Shown here in pieces: positions 61,399 to 64,000 of a stretch of DNA of 64,000 nucleotides. Source of the stretch: an uncultured archaeon (GTDB lineage Archaea; Aenigmatarchaeota; Aenigmatarchaeia; QMZP01); the NCBI GenBank assembly GCA_964555875.1, contig CAZKUD010000003.1:14659-78658 (forward strand). The letters run 5' to 3'. How positions within the stretch are numbered: position 1 is the stretch's first letter; each line of letters starts with the position of its first letter. Under the pieces are notes generated by a model. It saw only the letters and a list, made by a program, of their open reading frames with translations. It had not been told where the DNA came from and made no database searches. The position numbers and the translations under genes were made by a program.

Positions 61399-61625
61399 CC
61401 TGAATGTTTACTTCACACCCCTTCATTTCACATGGAACATTACGTCACATGAACTTCACCCCCTCGTTTCAGGTGGAAAAGTCCGCATGATGTCGAAATG
61501 AAATTCACATGAAGACACCCTTGTTTCATGTGCAACACCCGTTAACTTCATGTCCAGCTTCAGAATCCTTCATTTCCAGGCGTGAACAAGAGATTACGCA
61601 GAATCAGCAGGAATGAAGGTAATGT
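61399..61625. repeat. Intergenic cluster of ORB-like short repeats (core TTCAYRTG, several followed by a CACCC string)
   Basis: TTTCACATGGAA (61426-61437), GTCACATGAACTTCACCCCC (61444-61463), TTTCAGGTGGAAAA (61467-61480), TTCACATGAAGACACCC (61504-61520), TTTCATGTGCAACACCC (61524-61540), CTTCATGTCCAGC (61546-61558). CCTTCATTTC occurs twice (about 61419 and 61567). Confidence 0.6.
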
Positions 61626-64000
61626 TCAGTTCACGACAGCCTCAGCAGGCCCGTTGGCTGAGGCGAAATTGAGCTTGCCCCCGCAGCTGCAGGTTCCCAT
61701 CAGGGGCATCCTCTGGTAATGCTTGCTGCATTTTGAGCACAGGAAGCCCGTCATCTCATCCTTCTTGATACTTTTCATCACCTTGGGCCCATCCTCCGCA
61801 GCATTCGCTGCCCTCCCCTTCCTGAGTATGTCCAGCAGGCCCACTTGCTTGCCCCCTCCCATCAGCTCGGACTTCGTGATGCCCATGGCACCGAATATCC
61901 TCTCCAGGGGAGGCATGAGCTGGTTGTCTATATAATAAGAGGCGTCTATCTGCAGCCCCTTCTCCTTTATGTATGATGGGTCCTCTGCCCTCTTGCTCAG
62001 CATCTCCTTGCCCTTCACTATGACGTACTCTATCCTGTCCCCCACGCCAGGGGCGTCTACAGCGTTCCTGGCTTTCATTTTGGTGACAAGCTCTATGTGC
62101 GGCTGCACCCCCTTGTAGTGCTTGGGCGCCTTGGTCATGGTCTTGGTGATTATCAGCTTGCTTATGTCTATCTTCCCTGCCAGCAGGTCGTCTATCACAC
62201 CCTTGAAATACTTCATGGCCCCCTTCACGTCCTCCTGCTTCAGTATTATCTCTATGACCTCCTTGAGGGTCTCTCCCACCAGCTTGCACCAGTCCCTCCT
62301 AACGGTCTCTATGCCCTTCATCTCCAGGCCCTCGTCCCATCCCTCCTTCGTCCTCTCGAACTTCCAGGCAGCGTACCTCTTCTTGGTGAGGGGCAGGAAC
62401 CTCTTGAATATCTTCTCGAACTCCAGCTCCTGGGTGCCCAGCAGGTTCGCCGTTATCTCCCCCGCTATCTTGTCTGCTATCCTCCCCATCTCATCCATGT
62501 CCTCTATGCCCTTGAGCTTGGCGAAGACGGAATCAGTGTCCCCGTACACTATCTGGTAGCCGTACTTCTTCTCGACGACGTCTTTGGTGTTGTGTATGGT
62601 CTCCCTGCCTATTGAGGTGATGGAATTTGCTATGTCCAGGTCGAACAGCTTTGACCTGGCGTACCCGAAGTATCCGTACATGGCATTGGCCATTATCTTC
62701 AGCGCCCATTGCTTGGCGTGCATCTCCCTGTGCTTGTTCTCGTCCTTCACGTCCTTCATGGCCTTCTTCACGGCCCCCCTCTCGTTCATGAGGGTCTCCA
62801 GGAGGTCCGGCACTATGCCCCTCTTCCTCTCCTTCTTGAGGAACCATGTCCCCGCAGGCGTGATGGTAAGGTCCTCCTTCTTCACGCCCGCCTCCTCTTC
62901 CTGCCCCTGGTTGACCTTGGTCGTCGGGCAGATGTTGAACGACCTTATGATGGAGGGGTACATGGACTTGAAGTCCAGCACAGCCACGGACGAATGCAGG
63001 CCCTTCACCGGCTCCAGCACCGCCCCTCCTCCCAGCTCCTCTTTCCTTCCCAGGCCTCTCTTCGCTGCCGTGGCATCGTCGGGCTTGCATGGGAATACAT
63101 ACCCCTTCTGGTTGAACACCCTCAGCATGTAGTTCTCTATCCTTGTGGTCTCCCCGGAATCCAGGGTGTCCTGCAGCAGCGTGCCCGACACCTTTGAAAG
63201 AGCGGTGTGCTTGTCTATCAGCTTCATCTTCTGCACAAGGTCCAGCGCCAGCTGCGAGTCCTTCCTGCAGTATTCTGCCAGCTTCCTGAACTCCTCGTCG
63301 CTTCCCTTCCAGAACTTCTCTATCTCCGAGTGCTTCACGTCCTCCTTCTGCTCCCCGATGAGGGCATTGGCCACGAAGTTCAGGCTGTACCTCTGGAGGG
63401 AGAAGTCCTTCTTCACTATGGCGAAGGAGTCCAGCGCTATCCTTCCGGTCAGGTTGACCTTTGTGCTTATGCCTATCTTCCTGTGCGACGTCCTCTTCTG
63501 CAGGCACCTCCCCAGGAACGGCTTAACGTCAAGCTTGTACATCCTGTCGAGTATGTAGGGGAAGTCGAAGTTGTTGCAGTTGTAGCCTGTCATGAAGTCA
63601 GGGTCATACCTCTTCACCATCTTCACGAACTCTTCCAGCATCCCGCTCTCAGAATCGAACGACATCACATTGTCCCCCTTCCTCGTGCTCAGAACCACGG
63701 ACTTGTTGCCCTCGAACGGGTGGCTGAACACCAGGGAAACCATTATGATGGGGTCCTTCTTGGGGTCCGGAAGGGCTCCAGAGGAAGACACGCACTCCAG
63801 GTCGAATGCCAGGTACTTCAGGTCAGCATTCCCGCCCTTGTCTATGGGCACAAGCTTCTTCACGGTGAACTTCTTGTCAGCCTGGACGGTTTCCGTGTTC
63901 GCGAACTGGTCCCCCTCGGTCCTGCACCACCCCATGCCCGACAGGCCCATGTCAGCCATGACCCTGTACTTGAAGAGGACGTCCGCCTCGTATACCGTTA
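61626..64000 (-). CDS. polB: Family B DNA polymerase (PolB), 5' end beyond the window
   Basis: Exo I FDLE, motif A DFKSMYPSII, motif B KIMANAMYGYFG and motif C YGDTDS. The frame stays open upstream of the listed Met to the window edge (..YEADVLFKYRVMADMGL..). Confidence 0.9.
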   Translation of the reverse strand, partial: TVYEADVLFKYRVMADMGLSGMGWCRTEGDQFANTETVQADKKFTVKKLVPIDKGGNADLKYLAFDLECVSSSGALPDPKKDPIIMVSLVFSHPFEGNKSVVLSTRKGDNVMSFDSESGMLEEFVKMVKRYDPDFMTGYNCNNFDFPYILDRMYKLDVKPFLGRCLQKRTSHRKIGISTKVNLTGRIALDSFAIVKKDFSLQRYSLNFVANALIGEQKEDVKHSEIEKFWKGSDEEFRKLAEYCRKDSQLALDLVQKMKLIDKHTALSKVSGTLLQDTLDSGETTRIENYMLRVFNQKGYVFPCKPDDATAAKRGLGRKEELGGGAVLEPVKGLHSSVAVLDFKSMYPSIIRSFNICPTTKVNQGQEEEAGVKKEDLTITPAGTWFLKKERKRGIVPDLLETLMNERGAVKKAMKDVKDENKHREMHAKQWALKIMANAMYGYFGYARSKLFDLDIANSITSIGRETIHNTKDVVEKKYGYQIVYGDTDSVFAKLKGIEDMDEMGRIADKIAGEITANLLGTQELEFEKIFKRFLPLTKKRYAAWKFERTKEGWDEGLEMKGIETVRRDWCKLVGETLKEVIEIILKQEDVKGAMKYFKGVIDDLLAGKIDISKLIITKTMTKAPKHYKGVQPHIELVTKMKARNAVDAPGVGDRIEYVIVKGKEMLSKRAEDPSYIKEKGLQIDASYYIDNQLMPPLERIFGAMGITKSELMGGGKQVGLLDILRKGRAANAAEDGPKVMKSIKKDEMTGFLCSKCSKHYQRMPLMGTCSCGGKLNFASANGPAEAVVN

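Noticed and set aside
62533-63507. 324-aa alternative-frame ORF inside polB; similar cases at 61756-62289, 62097-62615 and 62584-63132
   Set aside because: These are Arg/Gly/Glu-rich shadow ORFs. The polB frame carries all the exonuclease and polymerase motifs.

Overview
Archaeal chromosomal window, identified from Orc1/Cdc6, family-B DNA polymerase, TFS, Hjc, EndoQ, ribosomal protein eS17, AglB and an intron-containing tRNA. Genes are tightly packed. Many start/stop overlaps are ATGA or TAATG, and TATA-like boxes sit about 25-35 nt upstream of many start codons. About 1-39.7 kb is one very large glycosylation island: AglB, an AglH-like initiating transferase, several GT2/GT4 enzymes, three GT-C-like membrane transferases, Wzx/UPF0104/GtrA flippase-type proteins, several methyltransferases and nucleotide-sugar enzymes. 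Two pathways inside the island are unusual for an archaeon. (i) A four-gene phosphonate (C-P bond) operon encodes a PEP mutase-nucleotidyltransferase fusion, phosphonopyruvate decarboxylase, an Fe-alcohol dehydrogenase and a second nucleotidyltransferase; its predicted product is nucleotide-activated 2-hydroxyethylphosphonate. (ii) A CDP-3,6-dideoxyhexose (ascarylose-type) pathway includes an E1-type dehydrase with the full diagnostic motif. A CDP-alcohol phosphotransferase-family protein and a B12-radical SAM enzyme nearby may tailor or transfer the phosphonate. The rest of the window is housekeeping: TFS, signal peptidase, a CBS-HPF-like fusion, eS17, a tRNA-Asn/tRNA-Phe tandem, EndoQ, pyrH, an ACD alpha subunit and Hjc. 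It also holds a cluster of three paralogous lipobox surface proteins next to a pilin-like gene. A replication module follows: an oriC-like spacer, cdc6, a degenerate PolD-small-subunit-like gene and polB, with a second ORB-like repeat cluster. tRNA-Asn carries two introns, one at 37/38 and one in the T-loop. That is reminiscent of lineages with relaxed splicing endonucleases (ARMAN/Micrarchaeota-like or Thermoproteales), but this lineage guess is tentative. No CRISPR array, rRNA, transposase or integrase was seen. All functional calls rest on motif and family recognition by eye; no database search was run.
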